A stretch of DNA of 64,000 bases from Chloroflexota bacterium (GTDB lineage: Bacteria; Chloroflexota; UBA11872; VXOZ01). The stretch spans positions 2,144,001 to 2,208,000 of the forward strand of contig OZ244922.1 in the NCBI GenBank assembly GCA_965221905.1, written 5' to 3'. A program made the position numbers and the translations under genes. Shown here piece after piece: positions 1 to 10,428 of the stretch. The notes below the pieces were generated by a model, which searched no databases, was not told the DNA's origin, and was given only the letters and a program-made list of their open reading frames with translations. Numbering within the stretch: position 1 is the stretch's first letter; each line of letters opens with the position of its first letter.

Positions 1-2
1 TA

Positions 3-1157
3 GACACTTCTAACGAGATTGCAGGCGACGGTGACATTCCCCATGCCGGTATCGGTCGGGCGCGCCGTATGCAAGTGCCGAGCTCCACTGACCAACACAA
101 GGTCATGATAGAGGCGATCGAGAACCACATGCCCGAAGTCATCGTGATCGATGAAATTGGGACGGAGTTGGAAGCCGCTGCTGCGCGTACTATAGCTGAG
201 CGCGGAGTCCAGCTCGTGGGCACTGCGCACGGAAATACATTAACTAACTTGATGCAGAACCCAACGCTATCCGATCTCATCGGAGGCATCCAGTCCGTAA
301 CGCTCAGTGACGAAGAGGCGCGGAGACGACGCTCGCAAAAGTCTGTGCTGGAGCGCAAGGCCCCGCCCACCTTCCAGTTCCTGGTTGAAATCAAGGGTTG
401 GCACCACATGATCGTGCACCATGACATCGCCGAGACCATAGATAGCCTCCTGCGCGGACGGCCTATTGCCGTGGAGGAGCGCGTTCGTGGGCATGACAAT
501 AGCATTGAATCTACGAAACATACAATTGCGCCCCCGAAGAGCATTCGCTCGCAAGAACTTTGGGATCCTCAGGAAGGCGAAGCCAGGGAGCAACGAGGGC
601 GGCCCGAGCCAAACTATAATGGTCGGTCTCGCATGCCTGAATCTCAGCTCATTCCCAATCACTGGACTGAAGAGGCCAATGAAGAAGCACCGCAGCGCGA
701 CCCAGTCTCAATCTTTCCATTTGGCGTAAGTCGCAGACGCTTGGAAGATGCGGCACGCAACCTGGCGGTGCCGGCTTGGGTCACCGAAGACTTGGATGCG
801 GCCGACGTGGTTCTGACGCTCAAAAGCTACTACCGTCAGCGTACCGGCCCCTTGCGCCAAGCGGAGGAGAAGGAAATTCCTATCTTCGTGCTAAGAAGTA
901 ATGCACAGTCTCAAATAAACCAGAGCCTTGCCAGCATCTTCGATCTCAACACCCGCCACTCGATGGAAGAGAACGAAGACCTTCGCCTTGCCGAGGCGGC
1001 AGTGCAGGAAACCTTGCACACGTCGCAACCGGTTGATCTGCCGCCGGCCAATTCCTATATTCGCCGTCTTCAACATGAGCTTGCTCAAAAGTCCAAGCTT
1101 GGCTCCCGCAGCTATGGCAAAGAACCGAAGCGTTGGGTACGTATTCACAAACCCTAA
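3..1157 (+). CDS. Ycf45-like AAA ATPase with C-terminal R3H domain (5' truncated by window edge)
   Basis: Frame is open from position 3 ([14 protein letters not shown]...). Contains [18 protein letters not shown] Walker B region, GTAHG, and C-terminal R3H motif (RRLQHELA...S.S.G.EP.R.V). Confidence 0.85.
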   Translation, partial: DTSNEIAGDGDIPHAGIGRARRMQVPSSTDQHKVMIEAIENHMPEVIVIDEIGTELEAAAARTIAERGVQLVGTAHGNTLTNLMQNPTLSDLIGGIQSVTLSDEEARRRRSQKSVLERKAPPTFQFLVEIKGWHHMIVHHDIAETIDSLLRGRPIAVEERVRGHDNSIESTKHTIAPPKSIRSQELWDPQEGEAREQRGRPEPNYNGRSRMPESQLIPNHWTEEANEEAPQRDPVSIFPFGVSRRRLEDAARNLAVPAWVTEDLDAADVVLTLKSYYRQRTGPLRQAEEKEIPIFVLRSNAQSQINQSLASIFDLNTRHSMEENEDLRLAEAAVQETLHTSQPVDLPPANSYIRRLQHELAQKSKLGSRSYGKEPKRWVRIHKP

Positions 1158-1205
1158 GCGCGGCAGTAAGCTTATCACCAAGCACAGCCCTAAACGCAGT
1201 AACGC

Positions 1206-2288
1206 ATGACCAACCTTGACGACGATCGTTCGTTTGCCCTGCTCGACTCCGGCAATATGGCGGCCCAGATTGGGGAATTTCCCAGTGCCTGCGCTGCCGC
1301 CTGGGACCTGGCACAAAGGGTGTCGCTGCCTTCTGCCTACCAGGCTACGCGTTCGGTCGTAATGCTCGGCATGGGTGGGTCGGCGATAAGCGGCGACCTC
1401 GCGCGAACCCTTGGGTCGACTACGGCGACTGTGCCGATTGAAGTCGTGCGAGGCTATTCGATTCCAGGGTACGTGGACAGCCACACCCTTGTGATTGCCA
1501 TCAGCTTTTCCGGCAACACTGAAGAAACCCTTGCCGCTTTCGAAGCCGCTTCTCGCAAGGGTGCGTTACTGCTTGTCATTGCAAGCGGAGGCGAGCTCCA
1601 CCAGCGTGCCCGGGCAATTGGCATCCCGCACTATCCTATACGAAGTGTCAGCCAGCCCCGCGCCGCACTGCCGCATCTCTACATGCCCGTAATCCATGCC
1701 CTGACAACGCTCAATGTAATCCAATGCCGCGCTGCACAAGTCACGAGTGCCATTGAATACGTTGCAACGCACGCTAAGGTTCTTGCCGCTGCCGCGCCGG
1801 AACGGTTGAACCCGGCCAAGCAATTGGCGCGAACACTACATGGGCGCATCGCGAGCATCTATGGCGCGGAGTTTCTTGGAGAAGTGGCCCGGCGGTGGAA
1901 GACGCAAATCAACGAGAACAGCAAGCAGTGGGCCGAGTTTGAGCACCTGCCGGAAGCGAACCACAACGCTGTGGTTGGGTACACGAATCCAGCCGCGCTC
2001 ACCGACGCCTTGGGCGTCATTCAGCTTGGCTCATGCCTCTATCATGAACGCACGCGAATCAGGCTGCAGGTGACAAAAGAGCTACTCCGAACCGCAGGAA
2101 TAGCCAACGAAACGGTAGAGGCACAAGGTCCAACGCCCTTGGCGCAACAACTCTACGCCATCCTGCTGGGCGACTACGTCAGCTACTATCTCGCCATGCT
2201 CAATGGTGTAGACCCTACGCCGGTTGCTCCTCTTGATCACGTCAAGGCCGTATTAGTAAGAGCCACAGAGGGTGATACTACAGTTTGA
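1206..2288 (+). CDS. Bifunctional phosphoglucose/phosphomannose isomerase (SIS domains)
   Basis: GMGGSAISGD, SFSGNTEET, QPRAA, RWKTQINENSK, PEANHN and GVDPTPV motifs. Confidence 0.9.
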   Translation: MTNLDDDRSFALLDSGNMAAQIGEFPSACAAAWDLAQRVSLPSAYQATRSVVMLGMGGSAISGDLARTLGSTTATVPIEVVRGYSIPGYVDSHTLVIAISFSGNTEETLAAFEAASRKGALLLVIASGGELHQRARAIGIPHYPIRSVSQPRAALPHLYMPVIHALTTLNVIQCRAAQVTSAIEYVATHAKVLAAAAPERLNPAKQLARTLHGRIASIYGAEFLGEVARRWKTQINENSKQWAEFEHLPEANHNAVVGYTNPAALTDALGVIQLGSCLYHERTRIRLQVTKELLRTAGIANETVEAQGPTPLAQQLYAILLGDYVSYYLAMLNGVDPTPVAPLDHVKAVLVRATEGDTTV

Positions 2289-2369
2289 AGGCCTTTGCAG
2301 ACAACAGACTCCGATAGCAAGGTGTAGTAGACTCTAGTTGCACCGAGAACCTGCCATCGGACGGTACTA

Positions 2370-3698
2370 ATGGCGACCAGGAGTCCTCAAAAAAGCACCG
2401 CTGCTACTAAGGATGCGAACAGGCTACGTCCCGAAGACAGGGCAGTCCACCAATGGTACCGGTTCGTTTTATCATTCCCTCCTCACCTAGTTCAGAACTA
2501 TTTGGATCGGCTCGACATCCACGGATCGGACACTGTCCTGGATCCATTCTGCGGCACTGGCACGACTTTGGTCGAGTGCAAGAAACTAGGTATTGCCAGC
2601 ATCGGGATTGAACCAAATCCGATGGCGCATTTAGCGAGTTCTTTGAAGGTTGACTGGTCAGTCGACAGTTCTGCACTCTTGGGCTACATGAACGAAGTCG
2701 CAGCCTCAATGAGAAGCGCCTTGGCCCAAGGTGATGTAGATTGCTTGAGTGATCTTCCTCTGTTCCAGAATAACGGGGCGTCACGAACCCAACTGAGGCA
2801 ACTCAGTCCTGAGCAGTCTAGATTACTGCTCAAGAACTCGATAAGTCCAATCCCCTTGCACAAGTCGCTGGTTCTCTTGGAAGCGATCGATCGGCATGGC
2901 GATAATCACCTCCGCCAATACGCACGGCTTGCGCTCGCGAACGCGTTGATTCACCACATTGGCAACTTGAGGTTCGGGCCGGAAGTGGGAGTAGGTCAGA
3001 TCAAGTACGATGCTCCAGTGCTAGATGCCTGGCTGAACTGCATGGGGGCAATCATTCAAGACATTCGCCTTGTTCAAGACAATGCCCATATTCCTGCTCA
3101 AGTACTCAAGGCCGACTCGCGAGAGGTTCACCAGGTATTGGAACCTGCCTCAATTGATGCCGTCATTACTTCCCCACCGTACCCTAACGAAAAGGACTAC
3201 ACACGAACCACGCGATTGGAGTCTGTCATCCTCGGACTAATACTGGACAAGAGTGAGTTGCGATCCCTAAAACTGGACCTAGTTAGATCCAATACCAGAG
3301 GAGTGTATAAGACAGACACCGACGACCAAGAGGTTTCTAAGAATGTTGAAGTACAGAACATAGCGAAGTCCATTGAGGAGCGTCGCGTAGAACTTGGCAA
3401 GACATCGGGTTTTGAGCGACTTTATCCGCGGGTCACACAACTGTATTTTGGCGGAATGATGCGGCACCTTGCTTCACTAAGATCTGTGCTGAAACCAAAG
3501 GCGAAGCTAGCCTATGTGGTAGGTGACCAGGCGTCATACCTAAGGGTAATGATTCGCACAGGGCAAATCATCGCTGATCTGGCTCGATCGTTGGGCTATG
3601 AAGTAACTGACATAGAGCTGTTCCGCACGAGGCCATCAACCGTCACAGGTATGCAACTTCGCGAAGAGGTCGTTCTGCTCGAATGGCCGGGTACCTGA
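2370..3698 (+). CDS. Amino-DNA methyltransferase, probably N4-cytosine type
   Basis: Motif I DPFCGTGTT lies N-terminal to motif IV TSPPY; also VHQWYRF and YVVGD. Immediately followed by a putative endonuclease. Confidence 0.85.
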   Translation: MATRSPQKSTAATKDANRLRPEDRAVHQWYRFVLSFPPHLVQNYLDRLDIHGSDTVLDPFCGTGTTLVECKKLGIASIGIEPNPMAHLASSLKVDWSVDSSALLGYMNEVAASMRSALAQGDVDCLSDLPLFQNNGASRTQLRQLSPEQSRLLLKNSISPIPLHKSLVLLEAIDRHGDNHLRQYARLALANALIHHIGNLRFGPEVGVGQIKYDAPVLDAWLNCMGAIIQDIRLVQDNAHIPAQVLKADSREVHQVLEPASIDAVITSPPYPNEKDYTRTTRLESVILGLILDKSELRSLKLDLVRSNTRGVYKTDTDDQEVSKNVEVQNIAKSIEERRVELGKTSGFERLYPRVTQLYFGGMMRHLASLRSVLKPKAKLAYVVGDQASYLRVMIRTGQIIADLARSLGYEVTDIELFRTRPSTVTGMQLREEVVLLEWPGT

Positions 3699-3715
3699 CT
3701 TGCTAGGAGCTGAAA

Positions 3716-4507
3716 ATTCCTTCTCAGAACCGATATTCGGCAATCATTGAGGCGATTTTCGAGGCCAAGCATAATCTTGGCCAACGCGCAGTGGACTTCG
3801 AACGAGAGGACATCGTCACGTTCGCGGCAAAGTTAGGCATCGTCCTGCCGAAGAATCTAGGTGACTTAATTTACACATTCCGATATAGAACAGAACTCCC
3901 TAATAGCATTGGAACAACAGCACCTGATGGTGAAACCTGGATAATCCGTTCTGCTGGTCGGAGCAAATACCGGTTTGTTTTAGTTACTGACTCACCATTG
4001 TTACCTAATCCAAACCTCGCTGTAACAAAGGTGCCAGATGCGACCCCAGGAATAATTGTCAAGTACGCGCTCAATGACGAACAATCTGTCTTGGCTCGCG
4101 TCCGGTACAATAGGCTGATTGACATTTTTCTAGGCATTGCTTGCTATTCCCTCCAAAACCACCTACGGACGACCGTTGCCGGCTTGGGCCAAGTGGAGAC
4201 GGATGAAATGTACGTAGGCGTGGACAAGAGCGGCTCGCACTATGTTATTCCTGTTCAGGCCAAGGGCGGGAGCGATAGACTCAACCGGGTTCAGATTGAG
4301 CAAGACATTGCCGTCTGTAGCGAGAAGATGCCGTCCTTGCTCTGTCGGCCAGTTGGAGCACAATTCATGAAAGATGACTTGATTGCGCTCTTCGAGTTCG
4401 AGCAGCAAGGTGACGAATTCAACATAGCATCGGAGAAGCATTATCGCTTGGTATCCCCGGATGAAGTTACGGATGAGGACTTGGCGAAATATAGACGGAG
4501 ACTGTAG
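3716..4507 (+). CDS. Putative type II restriction endonuclease (PD-(D/E)xK-like); start uncertain (ATT 3716, CTG 3710 or GTG 3791)
   Basis: Adjacent to the MTase. QVETDEMYVG...PVQAK nuclease-like motif. Frame is open back to 3707, with SD AGGAG at 3705-3709. Confidence 0.65.
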   Translation: MPSQNRYSAIIEAIFEAKHNLGQRAVDFEREDIVTFAAKLGIVLPKNLGDLIYTFRYRTELPNSIGTTAPDGETWIIRSAGRSKYRFVLVTDSPLLPNPNLAVTKVPDATPGIIVKYALNDEQSVLARVRYNRLIDIFLGIACYSLQNHLRTTVAGLGQVETDEMYVGVDKSGSHYVIPVQAKGGSDRLNRVQIEQDIAVCSEKMPSLLCRPVGAQFMKDDLIALFEFEQQGDEFNIASEKHYRLVSPDEVTDEDLAKYRRRL

Positions 4508-4702
4508 ATAGACGTGAAGGGCCGAATTGCAATTTTAAAGTTCGGTAATCTAGGACTTTCCTCTGTGAAAAGGCTTTGGATATAGCTAGTGTGATTCCAA
4601 AGGCTGGACCCACTTTGCGCTCTTTTGACAGTCGGATAGACCATTGATACACTTGCCACGAACCATAGCCGCTAACTTGCAGGATGGAGGAATCAAGCCA
4701 GC

Positions 4703-5638
4703 ATGGAGAGACACTGGAGCCACTACATGCACCTTGGGTTCGTGCATTTCATGCTCTTTCCGGAGGTGATGGGTGGAGACGGACCCATTATCGATTCACT
4801 GCGTCACTTGACGGCTGACGACTTCTTCCAAGTGGCTGAAATAACCCATATTGCTGATCCTGATGTTGCGAAAGAAGCCAAGGCCCTGAGCGAGACTACC
4901 AAACTCCACCTTGGTTTCGGCGCGCAGCCTATCCTCCTGCGCAATCAACTGAACCTTGCCAGCCTGGATGAGTCGCACCGTCAAGCTGTGGTGGCGCGGG
5001 TCAAGCGAGCTGTAGACGAAGCCTACGCGATGGGTATGCGCGTGCTCGGACTCTTCGACGGTCCTTCTTCATATCCCGGTGAAGAGTACAAGGCGCAAGC
5101 CCTGAGTGCATTCGCCGAGTCCCTCAAAGAAATCTGCTCCTATGCCGAGCAGCAGCGCACCGACTACACGCTCTGGATATCCCTGGAGCAATTCGACCGG
5201 GACATTGACAAGAAGAGCCTCGTAGGCCCAATTGAGGATACGCTCCCCCTCTGCAAAGCGGTCCGAGCCCAGTGCGGCAACTTTGGACTCTTAGTGGATC
5301 AGGGGCATCTTCCATTGCTGGGTGAGACACCGCAGGCTACCCTCTCTGCGGCACGTGAGTACTTGGGGCACATACACCTTGGCAGTTGCATTAAGAAACC
5401 GGGCCACGCGCTCTACGGTGACCAGCACCCGCGCTTCGGCCACGAGGACGGCGAAAACGACACTGCAGAACTTACTGAGTTTCTCCGCACCTTGTTTGAG
5501 ATTGGCTACTTTGACATGGTCGTGCCCACGGACAAACCACTCTGCACCTTTGAGTTGAAGCCCGCGCCCGGCGAGGATTCACTATCCGTCATGGCAAATG
5601 CCAAACGGACGTTCCAAGCAGCCTGGGCACAACTGTAG
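4703..5638 (+). CDS. Sugar phosphate isomerase/epimerase family (xylose-isomerase-like TIM barrel)
   Basis: SD GGAGG; LEQFD, VDQGH, HIHLG, DQHPRFG and FELKP metal-ligand pattern. Confidence 0.75.
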   Translation: MERHWSHYMHLGFVHFMLFPEVMGGDGPIIDSLRHLTADDFFQVAEITHIADPDVAKEAKALSETTKLHLGFGAQPILLRNQLNLASLDESHRQAVVARVKRAVDEAYAMGMRVLGLFDGPSSYPGEEYKAQALSAFAESLKEICSYAEQQRTDYTLWISLEQFDRDIDKKSLVGPIEDTLPLCKAVRAQCGNFGLLVDQGHLPLLGETPQATLSAAREYLGHIHLGSCIKKPGHALYGDQHPRFGHEDGENDTAELTEFLRTLFEIGYFDMVVPTDKPLCTFELKPAPGEDSLSVMANAKRTFQAAWAQL

Positions 5639-5671
5639 ACTTGATTGAGCAACGAGAAAGAGATGGAAGAC

Positions 5672-6652
5672 ATGCAGCCGAAAGTCTATATCACGCGCCG
5701 AATACCGGAGTCAGGGATCAAGCTTCTCCAAGAGTCGTGCGACGTGGAAATTTGGGATAGCGATGACGTTGTTCCGCGCGACGTGTTCTTAAAGGCAATT
5801 TCCGATAAGGACGCCGTGCTCTGCCTCCTAACGGATAAAGTCGATGCCGAGACCATGGACGTCGCCAAGAGTGTAAAGATCTTTGCCAACATGGCCGTTG
5901 GTTTCGACAATATTGACGTTGAAGAGTGCACCAAGCGCGGCGTCATGGCCAGCAATACTCCTGGCGTGCTTACGGACACAACTGCCGACTTTGCTTTCAC
6001 GCTGCTGATGGCCACTGCACGCCGCATTCGCGAGGGGCATGAGTTCATTCAAGCCGGGAAGTGGGAAACTTGGGGGCCCCTTTTGCTCATGGGGCAAGAT
6101 ATCCATCACGCCACGCTGGGCTTGATTGGATTGGGCCGTATTGGGACGGAAATGGCCCGGCGGGGTCAGGGATTCTCAATGCGTGTGCTCTATAACGACG
6201 TAGTGCGACGGGAAGACCTTGAGCAGGAACTCAGCCTGGAGTACGCCGACTTTGATACGGTGCTGCGGGAATCCGATTTCGTGAGCATGCACGTGCCGTA
6301 CATGCCTGCGACGCATCATCTAATCAGCACAGAGCAGCTTGCAATGATGAAGCAGTCAGCCGTGCTCATAAATACTGCCCGCGGTCCGATTGTCGATCCG
6401 CAGGCTCTTTACACTGCACTGAAGTCAGGTGAGATTTGGGCGGCAGGACTAGACGTCACCGATCCCGAGCCTATCCCGATGGACGATCCGCTGCTCACGT
6501 TGGACAACTGCCTGATCGCGCCGCACATTGCCAGTGCCAGCTTCAATACCCGCAGCGATATGTCTGAGTTGGCCGCGAACAATATCCTGGCCGCACTCTC
6601 CGGCGAACGCCCACCCACAATCCTCAACCCCGATGTGCTGGGGAATTCCTAG
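5672..6652 (+). CDS. D-isomer-specific 2-hydroxyacid dehydrogenase (glyoxylate reductase/D-glycerate dehydrogenase)
   Basis: GLGRIG NAD-binding motif, NTPGVL, INTARG, GLDVTDPEP, PHIAS. Start could also be 5645 or 5663. Confidence 0.9.
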   Translation: MQPKVYITRRIPESGIKLLQESCDVEIWDSDDVVPRDVFLKAISDKDAVLCLLTDKVDAETMDVAKSVKIFANMAVGFDNIDVEECTKRGVMASNTPGVLTDTTADFAFTLLMATARRIREGHEFIQAGKWETWGPLLLMGQDIHHATLGLIGLGRIGTEMARRGQGFSMRVLYNDVVRREDLEQELSLEYADFDTVLRESDFVSMHVPYMPATHHLISTEQLAMMKQSAVLINTARGPIVDPQALYTALKSGEIWAAGLDVTDPEPIPMDDPLLTLDNCLIAPHIASASFNTRSDMSELAANNILAALSGERPPTILNPDVLGNS

Positions 6653-6808
6653 TCTGCTTGTTCGTGCTCTGTCGTCTATTCAGACGATTATCAGGAAGGC
6701 GACTGAAGGGCATGGCAGTGTCATGGGGCTTGCGCTGGGATCCTGAGTGCCACGCATGCAGCATGGACGTGCCGCCTAAGACGAGTTCTTATCCTCGGCG
6801 GACTGTGT

Positions 6809-7978
6809 CTACCAGGGCAGCACACGCAACCGCTCCCGCGCGGGAACCCGGAAGACAGGCGGCATAGCGTAGGTCTTCACACGGCTGTGTACGGCAATGC
6901 TCTGCAGCAAACCAATGCCAATGAAGGTAGCAACCAGAGCGCTACCGCCGTACGAAAGGAATGGCAAGGGTATTCCGGTTACGGGCAAGAGCCCGATGAT
7001 CATTCCAACGTTTACGAAGGTCTGCAAGAATATCAGCGCCGCCACGCCAACTGCAATATTCTGTCCAAAGTGATCGCGGGCGCTTGTAGCAATCATCGTA
7101 GCGCGAATGAGCAGCACCGCAAACAGCGTCAGCACAAGCGCGCTGCCGATAAAACCTAGCTCCTCGGCCAAAACGGCAAAGACAAAGTCCTTGTGTTGCA
7201 CGCGCAAATACTCGAGCTGTGTTTGCGATCCCTGAAATAGCCCTCGGCCCCAAAGCTCTCCTGCGCCAACGCTGATTTGCGCCTGGAGCACGTTGTAACC
7301 AGCACCGAAGGGGTCGGCCGTCGGATCAAGAAAGGTGGTAACGCGTTCCCACATGTAGTCTTTAATTCTTATGAGCTGTAAGAAGACAGCGGCTAACAAG
7401 CCGATTGCCACACCAATCAAGTACCGGAAGGGCACGCCGGCCATGAAGACCATCACCCCCCAGATTCCAAGGAACATAAGCGTCGTGCCGAGATCCGGCT
7501 CTCTATAGACCAAGAACGCCGGCACGGCGGTGATAATCATGGATCCAAAGAAGCAACGTATATCCTCCGCCCGTTGCGACCCGGCGCTAAAGTAATGCGC
7601 TAGTACCACAATCAGAGCTATCTTTGCGAATTCAGAGGGTTGCAATGAGAAGGGGCCAATCAAGAACCACCGCTGCGAGCCCCCGATAGATACCCCGGCA
7701 TAGAGCACCGCAAAGAGCAAGAGCACAGATCCTCCGTAGCCAATCCAGGCCAAGCTACCCAGCCAACGGTAGTTCAGCTTAGGGGAAACGGCAAGAATTA
7801 CAATGCCAATGCCGAGGAACACACTTTGTTTGATGACGTCGATAGACGTCCCGGAATCGAGGAGCGTTGCACTGCGAATGAGGATTATACCGATAGTCGC
7901 AAGAAGCAGAGCTGCGGCCGTGAGCCAGTAGTCGTAGAGCTTCCACTTTCGTATTGCAATCATGCTATAGCTTAGCAC
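6809..7978 (-). CDS. rodA: Rod shape-determining SEDS glycosyltransferase RodA
   Basis: QPSEFAK, PDLGT, DFVFAVLAEELG, TGIPLPFLSYGGS; lies downstream of PBP2. Confidence 0.93.
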   Translation of the reverse strand: MLSYSMIAIRKWKLYDYWLTAAALLLATIGIILIRSATLLDSGTSIDVIKQSVFLGIGIVILAVSPKLNYRWLGSLAWIGYGGSVLLLFAVLYAGVSIGGSQRWFLIGPFSLQPSEFAKIALIVVLAHYFSAGSQRAEDIRCFFGSMIITAVPAFLVYREPDLGTTLMFLGIWGVMVFMAGVPFRYLIGVAIGLLAAVFLQLIRIKDYMWERVTTFLDPTADPFGAGYNVLQAQISVGAGELWGRGLFQGSQTQLEYLRVQHKDFVFAVLAEELGFIGSALVLTLFAVLLIRATMIATSARDHFGQNIAVGVAALIFLQTFVNVGMIIGLLPVTGIPLPFLSYGGSALVATFIGIGLLQSIAVHSRVKTYAMPPVFRVPARERLRVLPW

Positions 7979-9821
7979 TCCTAGCAGACTCGAAATAGAA
8001 GCGGGTCATCTTATCGGCAATCGGGGCTGCAAATTCGGAACCCTCACCGGCATCGTAGAGCACCACGGCAAAGGCGATCTCGGGTTCATCGAATGGCGCA
8101 AACCCGTTAAACAAGGCGTGTGTCGGCAGGAAACCATTCTCATCACGAGGGCCGGGGAATTCTGCCGTACCGGTCTTACCGGCTATTCCAAACGGGTTCG
8201 CTGCTATCCGGATCGCAGTACCGCGCACCACCACATCGCGCATTGCGTTTCGGATAACTGCAAGCACCTCTGCGGAGAATGGCAATTGGCGAGCCACTTG
8301 CGGTTCGATTGGCTGCCCTTGCGTGCCGTCAGCGCCCCGTATCTCAGCAGCAATCCTAGGGTACATCAATTTCCCGCCATTTGCAATAGCCGCGGAAAAG
8401 TTGGCAAGCTGCAACGGAGTTGATAAGACATCACCTTGCCCAATGGCTGTGTTGTATGAGTCGCCTTGGAACCAAGGCTCCTTTTTGATACGCTGCTTCC
8501 GTTCAGGTGTTGGAATGAGACCATCCTGTTCACCGGGCAGATCAATGCCGGAAATCTGACCAAAGCCGCTTGAAGTCGCGGCCCGAGCAAGCGCTTCCGG
8601 CCCGATGCCCTCAAAACCCGTATGGGGATTGCCGCCAACCAGGTTATAGAAGCACACATCGCAAGAATTGACCAAACCTTCGTAAACATTCAAGAGTCCG
8701 TGTCCGCTGCGCTTCCAGCACCCAAACTCCCACCCTCCTGCAAGGATCAGGCTGCCTCGACACTCAAACTGTGTTTCCAAGTCCATACCATGATTCTCAA
8801 GCCACTCAGCAAGGCTTACAAGCTTGAACGTTGAGGCCGGCGGATAGAGCCCGCCAATAGCATGGTTGACCAGAGGTCGCGACGGATCGTTGGCTAGTCG
8901 CGCATAATCCTCCTCAGAAATAGATTGGGCGAAGAGATTGTTATCGAAGCCAGGCAGGCTAACCAGGGCACGAACCGCTCCTGTGGCTACGTCTAGCGCT
9001 ACAACGGCGCCGGAGGGCGCTCCTGAATCCGAAAGTCCGTCTTGGAGCATTTGCGTAACCGCAGCCTGGAGATCCAAGTCCAAACCCAACACAAGGTTGT
9101 TACCGGGTTGGGATGGCGTCTCATGGAGAACACGGATGGTTCTCCCATATGCGTTGACCTCCACGTTTCTCTGACCTTTTTTCCCGTGGAGCTCTGCCTC
9201 ATAGATGGACTCGATGCCTGCAATGCCAACTTGGTCATCGCGTTCGTAGCCTCGGTTCAGATAGAATTCAGTTCGCTCATGGGGGATAGGGCCCACGTAC
9301 CCTAAAATGTGACCGTTGCTAACTCCTGCCGAATACTCGCGAATAGGGCGGCTTTCCGCGGAAATACCCGGCAGGTTTGCGTTCTCTTCCTCTATGATCA
9401 TGGCAACGTGACGCGGCACGTCCCGCTTCAAGATGGTCGGTTGATAGGGACTCTGCAGGCCCTCAGTCATAAGTTCCATTATGGTTGGCGCAGGCTTCTC
9501 CAGCAGTGCTGAGAGTCGGCGGGATACGTTCTCGATCTCGTCTCGCGGCAAATCGATCATGCGAGCTACAACGCTGAAATTGGGCACATTTATGGCTACC
9601 CTTTGTTCATGTCGATCGTACACAACGCCGCGCAGCGGCTTGACGGAAAGCACTCGCAGGCTGTTGTTCTCCGCTTGGTTGCGGAGCTCAGGACCGCGAA
9701 CGATCTGGATGTACCAAAGCCGAACTACGAGTGCAAGAAACGAAAGGAGCAATACGATTCGCAGCAGGTAGAAGCGAATTACTTCGCGTCGGGTCAGCCT
9801 ACGCTTCTCCTCAGCCATCAT
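7965..9821 (-). CDS. mrdA: Penicillin-binding protein 2
   Basis: N-terminal TM; RGVVYDR; SxxK (PASTFK), SCD, GKTGTAE; position in mre operon. Confidence 0.93.
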   Translation of the reverse strand: MMAEEKRRLTRREVIRFYLLRIVLLLSFLALVVRLWYIQIVRGPELRNQAENNSLRVLSVKPLRGVVYDRHEQRVAINVPNFSVVARMIDLPRDEIENVSRRLSALLEKPAPTIMELMTEGLQSPYQPTILKRDVPRHVAMIIEEENANLPGISAESRPIREYSAGVSNGHILGYVGPIPHERTEFYLNRGYERDDQVGIAGIESIYEAELHGKKGQRNVEVNAYGRTIRVLHETPSQPGNNLVLGLDLDLQAAVTQMLQDGLSDSGAPSGAVVALDVATGAVRALVSLPGFDNNLFAQSISEEDYARLANDPSRPLVNHAIGGLYPPASTFKLVSLAEWLENHGMDLETQFECRGSLILAGGWEFGCWKRSGHGLLNVYEGLVNSCDVCFYNLVGGNPHTGFEGIGPEALARAATSSGFGQISGIDLPGEQDGLIPTPERKQRIKKEPWFQGDSYNTAIGQGDVLSTPLQLANFSAAIANGGKLMYPRIAAEIRGADGTQGQPIEPQVARQLPFSAEVLAVIRNAMRDVVVRGTAIRIAANPFGIAGKTGTAEFPGPRDENGFLPTHALFNGFAPFDEPEIAFAVVLYDAGEGSEFAAPIADKMTRFYFESARSAKL

Positions 9822-9912
9822 CTCCTCCTGGAGACTTCAGCACCGCATGGCGACGACTGCGCCGCTTGTCGACCTCTTCGCCACCTGGCGACCTCTTCGT
9901 CGCTTGGCAACA

Positions 9913-10428
9913 TTAGCGTCTCCTGGCACTTGAGCTTCCCGAGGTCACCTCGAGGAGGCGAAATCCTGCCAGCACTATGAGTGGCGCGAAGGCCGCATTC
10001 ATTAGTGCCGTCGGCAATGCCATTTGCAGGAGCATATCGCCAAACGAAAACCGATAGTCGAACGTGATGAGCAAAGCGCCTAAGAGAACGAAATAAACGA
10101 GGGCTACCCAAAGAGACGTTACTGCCGCCACTACTATCCGGTTCGGCTGCACGATGCTTACAGCAAACCCTCCCACAAAGCCCGCCACCGTAAGTGCTAG
10201 GGCGCTTAGACCCCAATGGGCATCAGAGAAAGCATCGATTAGTAATCCGCCTACAAAGCCCCAGCCCGCGCCGCCCGCCGGCCCATACCAAAGCGCCAAC
10301 AGCGTAACGACTTGCAGCATAGGCAACCATACGATGCCGAATAGCGGAAAGTGCCACACCACGCTAGCCTGCACCAAGGCAGCCATCATCATCACGATCA
10401 CTATGGCGGGGCGGGAGACGTCGTTCAT
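9913..10428 (-). CDS. mreD: Rod shape-determining protein MreD
   Basis: Hydrophobic 171 aa; GFVGGLLID motif; between mreC and mrdA. Confidence 0.88.
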   Translation of the reverse strand: MNDVSRPAIVIVMMMAALVQASVVWHFPLFGIVWLPMLQVVTLLALWYGPAGGAGWGFVGGLLIDAFSDAHWGLSALALTVAGFVGGFAVSIVQPNRIVVAAVTSLWVALVYFVLLGALLITFDYRFSFGDMLLQMALPTALMNAAFAPLIVLAGFRLLEVTSGSSSARRR

